Positions 1 to 8,339 of a stretch of 26,558 nucleotides of DNA are shown in pieces. Within the stretch, counting starts at the first letter, position 1. Each line of letters starts with the position of its first letter. Origin of the DNA: Anaerolineae bacterium. GTDB taxonomy: Bacteria > Chloroflexota > Anaerolineae > UBA4142 > SHND01. The notes under the pieces are model-generated. The model ran no database searches, was not told the DNA's origin, and was given only the letters and a program-made list of their open reading frames with translations. The position numbers were made by a program, and so were the translations under genes. The stretch spans positions 1 through 26,558 of the forward strand of contig JBBSHK010000001.1 in NCBI GenBank assembly GCA_038253185.1, given 5' to 3'.

Positions 1-228
1 ACGGGCGCGGGCGCGAACGCGGTGATCGGGTTGACCATTCGCGGCGCGCTCGCGGATTTGTACGGCGAAGAGATTGCGCAATCGGTACGCGTGCAATACG
101 GCGGCAGCGTCACGGCAAAGAACGCATCCGAGTTTTTTGTGCAGCCGGAAATCGACGGTGCGCTGGTCGGCGGTGCGAGTCTCAAGGCAGAAGAGTTTAT
201 TGGGATTTGCAAAGCGTTGAAAAATTAG
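1..228 (+). CDS. tpiA: Triosephosphate isomerase, 3' end (runs off the window start)
   Basis: Frame open from base 1; [14 protein letters not shown] and [16 protein letters not shown] are conserved TIM C-terminal motifs. Confidence 0.95.
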   Translation, partial: TGAGANAVIGLTIRGALADLYGEEIAQSVRVQYGGSVTAKNASEFFVQPEIDGALVGGASLKAEEFIGICKALKN

Positions 229-303
229 GTGATTTGGTGATTAGGTCATTCGGTCATTCCGTCAAATCATCTTTTGTTGATATCCTAATGACCTGTTGAC
301 CCA
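226..303. repeat. 8-nt-period imperfect palindromic intergenic element
   Basis: Left arm TAGGTGAT TTGGTGAT TAGGTCAT TCGGTCAT TCCGTCAA (226-265); minus-strand arm TGGGTCAA CAGGTCAT TAGGATAT (303-280). Confidence 0.7.
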
Positions 304-309
304 GCGTTT

Positions 310-1044
310 ATGGAAATCCTGCTCTTTATCATCGCCTTCGCCCTTACACTTTTTCTCCAACGCTGGCTGCATCAACACATTCAAGGTTTGACCTTCGCGG
401 TCACCGGCGATCCCGGCTGCGCGATGCGTTTGCTTTTTATTCTGCTGCTCCCCGGCGTGATCTTGCATGAAGGCAGCCACTGGCTCACCGCGAACATGAT
501 CGGCGTGCGTACGGGCAAGGTAAGTCTGGGTCTCTCGAAAGCGCGGGGCAAGCAGTTTTCACTCGGCTCCGTCAATGTCGAACGCACCGACTCGCTGCGC
601 GAATCGCTGATCGGACTCGCGCCGTTCGTCGTTGGACTGGGCGCGATTCTCCTCATTGCGGGTTATGGCTTTGATCTCTGGCCCAACTCCGGGCTTTCGT
701 TCAATCAGATGCTCGATCGCGTGCTCGCGAGCTCGAACGATTGGCTCACGTGGTTTGATTTGTATCTCGTCTTTGCGGTGTCCACCGCGATGATTCCGAG
801 TGAATCGGACCGCGAGCCGTGGGGCGCATTGATTGTGACCTTCGGTGTGATCGGCGCGCTGTCGATTCTGTTCGGCTGGGCGCCGCGCATTCCCGGCGAA
901 TTATTTTCCTTCGCGCACAATGCCCTCAATGCGCTCACCTTCGCGTTCGGCGTGAGTGTGGTGGTGAACGGTGTGGTCGCGTTCGTGTTATGGATTTTAG
1001 AGTGGACGATTGGAAGTGTGACACAACGGAGAGTGAGGTACTAA
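310..1044 (+). CDS. Membrane protein with HExxH motif, probable M50/M50B-like zinc metallopeptidase
   Basis: Several hydrophobic segments; ILHEGSH zinc motif in a TM context; downstream GLAP and MIPSESD (possible third ligand Asp). Confidence 0.7.
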   Translation: MEILLFIIAFALTLFLQRWLHQHIQGLTFAVTGDPGCAMRLLFILLLPGVILHEGSHWLTANMIGVRTGKVSLGLSKARGKQFSLGSVNVERTDSLRESLIGLAPFVVGLGAILLIAGYGFDLWPNSGLSFNQMLDRVLASSNDWLTWFDLYLVFAVSTAMIPSESDREPWGALIVTFGVIGALSILFGWAPRIPGELFSFAHNALNALTFAFGVSVVVNGVVAFVLWILEWTIGSVTQRRVRY

Positions 1045-1103
1045 TTCACCACTGACGCGTGTTGCGCCAGACGTGGCGATTGCCGCGAGGTGCAATCACG
1101 CGT

Positions 1104-1186
1104 CAACAGAGACACAGAGAACGCGGAGGAAAAGATTTCAAAAATCCGGAATTAAAACCTTTTTAGTTCTCTGCATCTCTGTGGTT
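1104..1186. repeat. 9-nt-period imperfect inverted repeat between convergent genes
   Basis: CAACAGAGA CACAGAGAA CGCGGAG (1104-1128) and CTCTGCATCTCTGTGG (1169-1184). Confidence 0.65.
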
Positions 1187-2204
1187 AGATTCCATTCCGT
1201 CTTAGCCGCACCAACACCGCCAGCGCGCCGACGCCAATCACGATCAGCGCGATGAGTTTATAAATCCCGCTCGGCAAAATCAACGCCAGCGCGCCGAACA
1301 ACGCGGTGAGTGCATAGTACAGCAAAACAATTTTTCGCGGCGATTGTCCGAGATCGAAGAGGCGATGATGCAGATGACCGCGATCCGCTTGGAACGGTGA
1401 ACGCCCCGCGCGCACACGATTGAGAATCTGCCACGCCACGTCGAGAATCGGAATCGCCAGCACCAACAGCGCGGTCGCCACTTTCGCCCCGCCGATGATC
1501 GAGAGCACCGCCAGCGCGAATCCTAAAATGTACGCGCCCGAGCCGAGAAAAATTTTCGCGGGCGGGAAATTGAAAATCAAAAAGCCCAGCGCCGCGCCGA
1601 GTAACGCGAGCGGCAGCAGCGCGAGACTAAATTGCATCAGGCGATAAGTGTGGATGAACAACACCGCGCTCGCAATCGCCGTCACGCCCGCCGCGAGTCC
1701 ATCCAATCCATCGAGCCAATTGATCGTATTCATCATCCCGACGATCCAGAAGAGCGTGAACGCGACGGCAATGACTTCAGGCAGCGGAATGTCGCCACCC
1801 AGCGGATTTGGAATTTTCCAAATCACCACGCCCGACGCGACCGCGACGCCCGCCGCAATAAATTGAATCGCGAACTGCGGCAGCGCTTTCAATTCGCGCG
1901 CATCATCGTACGCGCCAAACAGCGCGATCAAAATTAATCCCAGCATCAAGGCAAGAACTTTTAGCGGCTCGTACGGATCGGCGCGCGGTGAGAGAAAGGT
2001 GAGCGCAATCGTTATCACCAGCGCGAGCGCGAGCGGGACACCACCGTGGCGCGGCATCGGTGTACGGTGCAAGCGCCGTGGCGCGGGCTGGTCGAGAAAA
2101 CCAAAACGAGCGGCAGTTCGGGCGGTGAGTGGCGTCAAAAAAAACGCGAGGACGAACGCAATGGCGAGGACGACGATGTATTCCAAAACCGATTGTTCCG
2201 GCAT
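1185..2204 (-). CDS. WecA/TagO/MraY-family polyprenyl-phosphate HexNAc-1-phosphate transferase
   Basis: PRHGG, GAYDD, MNTINWLDGLDGLA, FNFPPAKIF and DRGHLHHRL motifs; multi-TM. The Asp of the usual F-M-G-D motif is absent. Confidence 0.9.
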   Translation of the reverse strand: MPEQSVLEYIVVLAIAFVLAFFLTPLTARTAARFGFLDQPAPRRLHRTPMPRHGGVPLALALVITIALTFLSPRADPYEPLKVLALMLGLILIALFGAYDDARELKALPQFAIQFIAAGVAVASGVVIWKIPNPLGGDIPLPEVIAVAFTLFWIVGMMNTINWLDGLDGLAAGVTAIASAVLFIHTYRLMQFSLALLPLALLGAALGFLIFNFPPAKIFLGSGAYILGFALAVLSIIGGAKVATALLVLAIPILDVAWQILNRVRAGRSPFQADRGHLHHRLFDLGQSPRKIVLLYYALTALFGALALILPSGIYKLIALIVIGVGALAVLVRLRRNGI

Positions 2205-2217
2205 CGGCGCTCGCTAT

Positions 2218-2246
2218 ACTTTAGAAGAGCTAGGTTGTGTTGACAA
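2218..2246 (-). promoter_or_regulatory. Hybrid sigma70-type promoter for the wecA-like gene
   Basis: Minus strand TTGTCA (2246-2241, inside the MITE end) - 17 nt - TAAAGT (2223-2218). Confidence 0.55.
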
Positions 2247-2334
2247 ATCTTCAGAGTCTCGCCCGACCAATTTCATTTCTGGCTCTGTAGATATGGGAAT
2301 CACGCGGCTTTCGCCTTTTGTCAACCCAACCTAG
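2230..2334. mobile_element. About 100-bp MITE with terminal inverted repeats, bounded by CTAG
   Basis: CTAGGTTGTGTTGACAAA (2230-2247) and TTTGTCAACCCAACCTAG (2317-2334) are inverted repeats at 17/18; no ORF inside; CTAG (or TA) could be the target duplication. Confidence 0.75.
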
Positions 2335-2443
2335 AGTGCAATTGAAGAGTTGCGAAACCGGCGACGTTCTCACCGCGTGCCCGTTCGCAGACCCACTTGG
2401 CATTCTATGTGAATCGCTGCGGACTGTCAATCACCATCGCATT

Positions 2444-2472
2444 TTGCTCACGCGTCTCTTCGCGAATATAAT
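2444..2472 (+). promoter_or_regulatory. sigma70-type promoter of the DUF5107-TPR-nfeD operon
   Basis: TTGCTC (2444-2449) - 17 nt - TATAAT (2467-2472), 25 nt before ATG 2498. Confidence 0.6.
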
Positions 2473-2497
2473 TGAGTGGCTCGCGCGGAACGAATTG

Positions 2498-4174
2498 ATG
2501 AAGCAACGCAATACCAATAATTGGCTGGCTCGCTGTTTTTTTTCGGCGTGCCTTTTTATTTCCATCAATGGAAGCATTATTCTGACAGGTTGTGCAAGTT
2601 CCAGCCTCGCACCGACGCTCATCCCACCAACGCTCACGGTGGAAAACACGCCAGTGACCACACCCACCGCTATCGAAACGCCCGCGATCAATCCGAGCGC
2701 AGCGCCCGCCGCGATGATTCCATCCGCAACAATGCCTTTGCCGGCTTCGCCCACACTGACGCGAGTCGCGCTCGCGTTCACGCCGACGGCTCGTCCCACC
2801 ATTGCTGCGTTGAATGTTCCCACCGCGCGCACTGCTCCACCCGGCGTAAGCTCTGACATCAAGGTGAGCGAAGGCAGCGTTACTTTTGCGGCGTACCCCT
2901 TTGAAAAATTTTTGCAACCGCGCAGCGACCCCGCGCGCAATTTCACATTCGACGCGCTCGACCGCGACGCGTACGACCGCGCGGCGACCGGCGCGACTCT
3001 GACGAAAACTTTTCGCTCGGTCATTCTCGAAAATGAATTCTTGCGCCTGACCTTTTTGCCCGAACTGGGCGGAAGACTTTTCCAGATCACCTACAAGCCG
3101 ACGAACCAAAATCTTTTTTATAATAATCGCGTGCTCAAACCGACGCATTGGGGTCCGGCGAATCAGGGTGGTTGGCTCGCGGTCGGCGGGATGGAATGGA
3201 CGCTGCCGGTGAACGAGCACGGCTACGAGTGGGGCACGCCGTGGCAATACGCGGTAACACAGAACGCGAGCGGCGCGACAATTACACTCAGTGATTCTCA
3301 ATTAATTAATCGCGTGCGCGCGCAAATTCAAGTGACGCTGCCCGCGCACGCGGCGTACGTCGTTGTCCATCCGCGCGTTGAGAATCCGACTGCCAGCGCG
3401 ACGCGGTTGCAGTTTTGGATCAACGCGCAGCTTACGCTCGGCGCGTCGAAAAATGTTTCTCCGAACACCGAATTTATTTTGCCGACGCAATCCGTTTTCA
3501 TTCACAGCAGCGGCGATCAATTTATCCCCGAGGCGAATGTGCCTGCGGACGAGGCGACTGCCGCCGCGGCGCCGCTGAGTTGGCCCACCATCGGCGGACA
3601 CAATCTCGCGCGCTATAGCAATTGGGAAGATTATCTCGGCGTGTTCGCGACGAATCTCACGCAATCTTTTGTCGGCGCGTACAATCACGATGCCGAGTTG
3701 GGCATTGCGCGGATTTTTGCGCCACAGCAAACGCCAGGGGCGAAACTATTCGCGTTCGGTCCGAAATTTTGCTGCCGCTCAGAATTCAGCGACGACGGCT
3801 CGGATTATTTTGAATTGTGGGGCGGACTGCCGCGCACTTTTTTCGCGAATGACGACGTGACGATTCCCGCGGGCGCGTCGCGTGAATGGAGTGAGTCTTG
3901 GATTCCGTTCGCCGGAACGGGCGGGCTGTCCGCCGCCGCGCGCGACGCAGTGCTGCATCTCTCCTCCGCGAATGGCAGCGCGCAGGTGAGCGCGTATTCT
4001 GCGGTTGCGCGCGGTGGCACGTTGATGCTTTTGCAAGCGGGACGTGAGGTCAAACGTTGGTCGGTTTCGCTGTCGCCCGCCGCGCCCTTTCGCGCGAGCA
4101 TACCCATCGCCGATGGACCGGTGCAACTGCAATTGCTCGACACTGATCAGAATGTAATTGTGCGCACTGAATAA
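2498..4174 (+). CDS. Probable lipoprotein with Pro/Thr-rich linker and DUF5107-like domain
   Basis: Start moved from 2318 to ATG 2498 (promoter, signal peptide ending in lipobox LTGC); ILENEFLRLTFLPELGGRL...FYNNRVLKP...GGMEW recalls DUF5107. Confidence 0.75.
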   Translation: MKQRNTNNWLARCFFSACLFISINGSIILTGCASSSLAPTLIPPTLTVENTPVTTPTAIETPAINPSAAPAAMIPSATMPLPASPTLTRVALAFTPTARPTIAALNVPTARTAPPGVSSDIKVSEGSVTFAAYPFEKFLQPRSDPARNFTFDALDRDAYDRAATGATLTKTFRSVILENEFLRLTFLPELGGRLFQITYKPTNQNLFYNNRVLKPTHWGPANQGGWLAVGGMEWTLPVNEHGYEWGTPWQYAVTQNASGATITLSDSQLINRVRAQIQVTLPAHAAYVVVHPRVENPTASATRLQFWINAQLTLGASKNVSPNTEFILPTQSVFIHSSGDQFIPEANVPADEATAAAAPLSWPTIGGHNLARYSNWEDYLGVFATNLTQSFVGAYNHDAELGIARIFAPQQTPGAKLFAFGPKFCCRSEFSDDGSDYFELWGGLPRTFFANDDVTIPAGASREWSESWIPFAGTGGLSAAARDAVLHLSSANGSAQVSAYSAVARGGTLMLLQAGREVKRWSVSLSPAAPFRASIPIADGPVQLQLLDTDQNVIVRTE

Positions 4175-4183
4175 TTTTTACCA

Positions 4184-5527
4184 ATGAGCTATCCGTATTC
4201 CGAAGGACCTGAGCCAATGACCCCACGCCGCCAGCGCGAGCGCGGACGTAAACGCGCGGCGTCACAAAAGAGACCATCACCGCAGCTACGAGCTGCGCCG
4301 CGCCGTTCTTGGGGAGGCTGGATATTGTTTGCGGCGTTGGTGTCGTTCGCGGGCGCGGTGCTGATCCCTGGCGCGCTCGGGCTTTATTTCGGCAGCCAAG
4401 AGCGCGCCGCGTACTTGCACCAACAGGCAGTTCAGCATTATCAACAGGCGCTCACGTACGAGTCCGAAAATTACACCGAGCTTGCCATCGCCGAGATTCA
4501 GACCGCGTTGAAATATGATCCGGGTTATCAGGAGGCGGCGGATAAATTGCGGGTGCTGCAGGAAAAGGGCAAAGCCAGCGTGACCGCCGTGCCCACCGCG
4601 CTGCCGCTCGCGGAGCAATTGTTTCAGAACGCGCAGAGCGCGATTGCGCGACAGCAGTGGGCTGAGGCGCTGGATGCTTTGGAAGAACTCGTACGTATCA
4701 AGCCGGACTTGCGCGCGAGCGAAGTGAAAGCACTGCTGATTCAATCCTACCTGAACGCCGGCAAGGAATCGGTTGCGGCGGGACAGGTCGAACAAGCGCG
4801 CACGCGTTTCGATTCCGCGCTGTCGCTGGATCCCACCAACGCGGAGGCGAAATTGTTGCGCGCGCGCGCGATCTTGTATCTCAAAGGGGCGGAGGTGGTG
4901 AATTTGGATTGGCAGAGCGCGGTCTCGAATTTTCAGCAGCTGTATGGGCTCGATCCAAATTTTTACGATGTAAAAAATCAACTGCTAAATGCCTCGATCA
5001 ACTATGGCGATTTCGCTTCCGCGCAAAATGCCTACTGCCTCGCCTCGCGCGAGTACGAGCGCGCGGTCAGCTTGGGCGCGAATAGCACAGTCGAGAGCAA
5101 AATGGATTTCGCCAACGAGCATTGTATGCAGGCAGTCACCGCGCCGACGTTGACGCCCGCGCCGATTGTTATTGCGACAGCCATCCCGCGCCCGCGCGCG
5201 AATTTTTTTGTGCCAACGGGGCGCGTGGACAGCGCTGCCCCATGCGAAGGGAATGGCGGCGTGAGCGGTATGGTGCGCGACGCGCGCAGCAAGCCGATTG
5301 TCAATGTGGCGGTCCAGATTTATGATGACGCGGGTTATCATCCCGCGCCGTCGTTCAGCGGCACCGATGGCATTTACATTATTTCACTCGGAGTGAACGC
5401 CGGGTTCTATCACCTCGTGGTGCTGAATCCAAACGGGACGCCGGCGAGCGGTGTCTTTAATTTGAATTATCCGGGCGGCAACGTGAGTGGTTGTCACTGG
5501 CTCGTCGATTGGACCAAAACAGAATGA
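4184..5527 (+). CDS. Membrane-anchored TPR protein with C-terminal Cna-B/carboxypeptidase-regulatory-like beta domain
   Basis: Basic N-terminus, one TM helix, TPR-like repeats (ALKYDPGY, ALSLDPTNAEA), Pro/Thr linker, VSGMVRDARSKPIVNVAVQI...GTDGIYII. Confidence 0.75.
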   Translation: MSYPYSEGPEPMTPRRQRERGRKRAASQKRPSPQLRAAPRRSWGGWILFAALVSFAGAVLIPGALGLYFGSQERAAYLHQQAVQHYQQALTYESENYTELAIAEIQTALKYDPGYQEAADKLRVLQEKGKASVTAVPTALPLAEQLFQNAQSAIARQQWAEALDALEELVRIKPDLRASEVKALLIQSYLNAGKESVAAGQVEQARTRFDSALSLDPTNAEAKLLRARAILYLKGAEVVNLDWQSAVSNFQQLYGLDPNFYDVKNQLLNASINYGDFASAQNAYCLASREYERAVSLGANSTVESKMDFANEHCMQAVTAPTLTPAPIVIATAIPRPRANFFVPTGRVDSAAPCEGNGGVSGMVRDARSKPIVNVAVQIYDDAGYHPAPSFSGTDGIYIISLGVNAGFYHLVVLNPNGTPASGVFNLNYPGGNVSGCHWLVDWTKTE

Positions 5528-6912
5528 AAACACAACGAACTCTGCCAAGCCAAGACGTTTCACCGCAACGTCTCTACCGCACAGCGCAACGCGAAATTTT
5601 TTGGTGGAGCATGGTCGCGCTCGTCTGGATTGCGACCGCGCTGCATTTCGCCTTGCCTGCGCCCGTTTCGGCTCAAGCCGCAGCGCGCGTCGACGTCGCG
5701 AAAATCGACAGCAGCATTGATATGTTCACTCAGGGCTATGTCGAACGGGTGCTCGGCGTGGCGCGTGACGATGGCGCGCAGGCGCTCGTAATTCAACTCG
5801 ACACTCCGGGCGGCGGCTTGGAGGCGACCTACGAAATCATCAAAGATATTCTCGCGTCGAATGTGCCAGTGGTGGTCTATGTTTCACCTTCCGGCGCGCG
5901 GGCGGGTTCAGCCGGAGTGTTCATCACGTACGCCGCGCATATTGCCGCGATGGCGCCGGGGACGAATATTGGCGCGGCGCATCCGGTAGGCTTGGGTGGC
6001 GAAGAGATCACCGGCACGATTGGCTCAAAGGTGACGAACGATGCCGTCGCGCACATTCGCGGTTACGCCGGCACGCGCGGGCGCAATAGCGATTGGGCGG
6101 AGAAGGCGGTGCGCGAAAGCGTTTCCATCACGGAGAAGGAAGCGCTCAACATTCATGTGGTGGACCTGGTGGCTGCGGATATGAATGACCTGTTGAATCA
6201 ACTCGACGGGCGCGCGCTGACGGTGAACGATCGACAGGTCACGCTCGCCACGCGCGGCGCGACAGTACACAATCTGGATATGAATTTCTTTGAAGAATTT
6301 TTCCACCGCTTGCTCGATCCGAATATCGCGCTGATCCTATTGAACATTGGTTCGCTCGCGATTCTGGTCGAGTTGTATCATCCGGGCGTGACCTTGCCGG
6401 CGGTCATCGGCGTGATTTGTCTCACGCTCGCCGCGGTCGCGCTGTTTAATCTGCCGACGAATTGGGCGGCGGTGATTTTGATCGTTGCCGCCATTATTAT
6501 GTTTGTGCTCGACCTCAAGGTGACCAGTTTGGTGCTGACGGCAGGAGCGATTATTGCGTTTGTGCTCGGCGCGTTTTTTCTCTTCCGTCCATTCACTCCG
6601 CCCGAGCCGACCGCGCCGGATATTTCGGCATCGCCCTTTGTGATTGGTGGACTCGCGGCGCTGACCGCTTCCTTCTTTATTTTTGTTTTGGGCGCGGCAG
6701 TACGCAGCCGCCGTGCGCCGGTGGTCAGTGGCACCGCGCCATTATGGGGGGCGAGCGGCATCGCGACGACGGACTTGAACCCATTCGGGACGGTGCTGGT
6801 AAAGAGCGAGCATTGGAGCGCCACCACAGACCAGCCTCCGATTCACAAAGGCGAGCGGGTGAGAGTCACTGCGGTAGAGGGTTTGAAATTACGCGTGGTC
6901 AAGACCGAGTAA
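5524..6912 (+). CDS. nfeD: NfeD-family membrane-bound ClpP-class serine protease
   Basis: QLDTPGG, RAGSAG (Ser), APGTNIGAAHPV, KVTND (Lys), TM domain and C-terminal OB-fold; start at ATG 5524 overlaps the upstream TGA (ATGA). Confidence 0.9.
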   Translation: MKTQRTLPSQDVSPQRLYRTAQREIFWWSMVALVWIATALHFALPAPVSAQAAARVDVAKIDSSIDMFTQGYVERVLGVARDDGAQALVIQLDTPGGGLEATYEIIKDILASNVPVVVYVSPSGARAGSAGVFITYAAHIAAMAPGTNIGAAHPVGLGGEEITGTIGSKVTNDAVAHIRGYAGTRGRNSDWAEKAVRESVSITEKEALNIHVVDLVAADMNDLLNQLDGRALTVNDRQVTLATRGATVHNLDMNFFEEFFHRLLDPNIALILLNIGSLAILVELYHPGVTLPAVIGVICLTLAAVALFNLPTNWAAVILIVAAIIMFVLDLKVTSLVLTAGAIIAFVLGAFFLFRPFTPPEPTAPDISASPFVIGGLAALTASFFIFVLGAAVRSRRAPVVSGTAPLWGASGIATTDLNPFGTVLVKSEHWSATTDQPPIHKGERVRVTAVEGLKLRVVKTE

Positions 6913-7027
6913 TTCAGATGGACGGGTGTGCACAATCAAGCTCACTTTTTTCGAACGTGTGGAATACGTTCGAGTGCGGAACCTTTATGCCGAAAGCAAC
7001 GTTATGGTATCAAGTTGCGTCGGGGTC

Positions 7028-7056
7028 TTGACGCTGCTATCGAATTGTGTTATACA
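7028..7056 (+). promoter_or_regulatory. Candidate promoter upstream of the DksA/TraR gene
   Basis: TTGACG (7028-7033) - 17 nt - TATACA (7051-7056) with TG at the extended -10 position; last -10 base is non-consensus. Confidence 0.45.
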
Positions 7057-7236
7057 GGCGCACACTTGTACCAGACCTGTCCAGACGTAAGACATTGCTG
7101 TTTTTCGTCCCTATTTATGTAACCGAAGGCATCGCCGAGGCGGTGCTAATTTTGGAAAGCTTCTAACAGAACACGGACCCAACCGAATATTTGTCGCCGG
7201 TCCTTCATTTTGTTACAAGCTTTAAGGTAGGAAAGA

Positions 7237-7698
7237 ATGCCAACCGTTCGTAAAACAGTCCGCAAGCGCGCGCCGTTAATTAAGAAAGCCACCAACGGCA
7301 AGCGCGAAGCGGTCAAATCAAAGGTAAAAAGGAATGGGAGTGAGCAACCCGTGGTTGCATTAACTCAGCAGCAACAGTTGGAGCGAGAGCGCGCCCAAGT
7401 TGTTGAAGAACTGGCGCGCCTGCGCGCCGAATTGCAAGAAGCGCCGGAACCGACCGGCGATGAAGTGGACCTGAGCGTTTACGACCGTGAGCGGACGTTA
7501 TCGCTGGTCGCATCCTTTCAGCGGCGTCTGGAAAAAATCGACCTGGCATTGCGCGCGGCAGAAAAGGGTGAGTACGGCAAGTGTCATCGCTGCGGCAAGC
7601 CCATCGATCCCGAGCGACTCCGCATCTTTCCCGAAACGCGACACTGCATCACCTGCAAGACAGAGCTTGAACAAATCGCCAGACGCAGTAAGGTGTAA
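7237..7698 (+). CDS. DksA/TraR C4 zinc-finger protein with Lys/Arg-rich N-terminal tail
   Basis: Coiled coil with tip DEVDLS; YGKCHRCGKPIDPERL...RHCITC zinc finger; SD-like AGGTAGGA. Confidence 0.9.
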   Translation: MPTVRKTVRKRAPLIKKATNGKREAVKSKVKRNGSEQPVVALTQQQQLERERAQVVEELARLRAELQEAPEPTGDEVDLSVYDRERTLSLVASFQRRLEKIDLALRAAEKGEYGKCHRCGKPIDPERLRIFPETRHCITCKTELEQIARRSKV

Positions 7699-7705
7699 GG
7701 TTAAG

Positions 7706-7742
7706 AGAACGTGGGATTCTGAATCCCACGTTCTTCTTTTTA
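7706..7742 (+). terminator. Intrinsic terminator after the DksA/TraR gene
   Basis: Perfect 12-bp stem AGAACGTGGGAT / ATCCCACGTTCT followed by TCTTTTT. Confidence 0.85.
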
Positions 7743-7758
7743 AGAACATAGGTTTAGT

Positions 7759-8268
7759 ATGAACAAACTTTATTCAGTGTTCGCAATGTTTTTAACGCTT
7801 GTGCTCGCTTTGCTCTCCGACCGGTTTCTACAAAGTTTGCGGGAAACAATCAAGCAATCGCTTCGATTCGATCAATTCATTCAGTTGTCATGGGTCACAA
7901 TTCTGGTGACCTTCTTTTTTTCCGCATTGCTCCTTCTACTCGCTTGGTTCGTCCTCTTGCGCGGCGAGAGGAGCAGAATTATCTATGTGCTTTTCATCAT
8001 CGTTGGTCTGTCACTTGTAATGACAATTGCTTTTGTTGGCTTCACGCCTGACTCTATTCTTCCAACAGGTGAACTTCGCAATACATTAATGGTTCTCTTT
8101 TTTGATTCAGTGGACTCGTTCCTCTTTCGCGCCAGTGCTTTCGTCGCGCTCATCGCCATAGCCGGTCTAATTAACTCAAGTTGCTACCATGTCATTCTGA
8201 GCGACCCCTTCGACGTTGCTCAGGGTAAACTCCGGGAGCGAAGAATCTCTAGAAATGACAAATGTTGA
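7759..8268 (+). CDS. Hypothetical multi-pass membrane protein; C-terminus derived from an inserted MITE
   Basis: Several hydrophobic segments; after LIAIAGLI the frame reads into the element at 8174. Confidence 0.7.
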   Translation: MNKLYSVFAMFLTLVLALLSDRFLQSLRETIKQSLRFDQFIQLSWVTILVTFFFSALLLLLAWFVLLRGERSRIIYVLFIIVGLSLVMTIAFVGFTPDSILPTGELRNTLMVLFFDSVDSFLFRASAFVALIAIAGLINSSCYHVILSDPFDVAQGKLRERRISRNDKC

Positions 8269-8339
8269 GTGAGTGGTACTCAGAGATTCTTCACTTCGTT
8301 CAGAATGACAGGCTTTTGTCATGAGGTCGCAACTTGGGT
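8174..8339. mobile_element. 166-bp MITE with IS982-like ends, TAATTA target duplication and internal REP-like palindrome
   Basis: ACTCAAGTTGCTACC (8174-8188) and GGTCGCAACTTGGGT (8325-8339) are inverted repeats at 13/15; TAATTA at 8168-8173 and 8340-8345; ACCC terminus is typical of IS982. Confidence 0.8.

Noticed and set aside
2318-2497. ORF-track N-terminal extension of the DUF5107 protein
   Set aside because: It starts inside the MITE end and spans the gene's promoter; the signal peptide begins at ATG 2498.
6951-6973. LexA/SOS box
   Set aside because: GAAC and GTTC are 11 nt apart, not 4.
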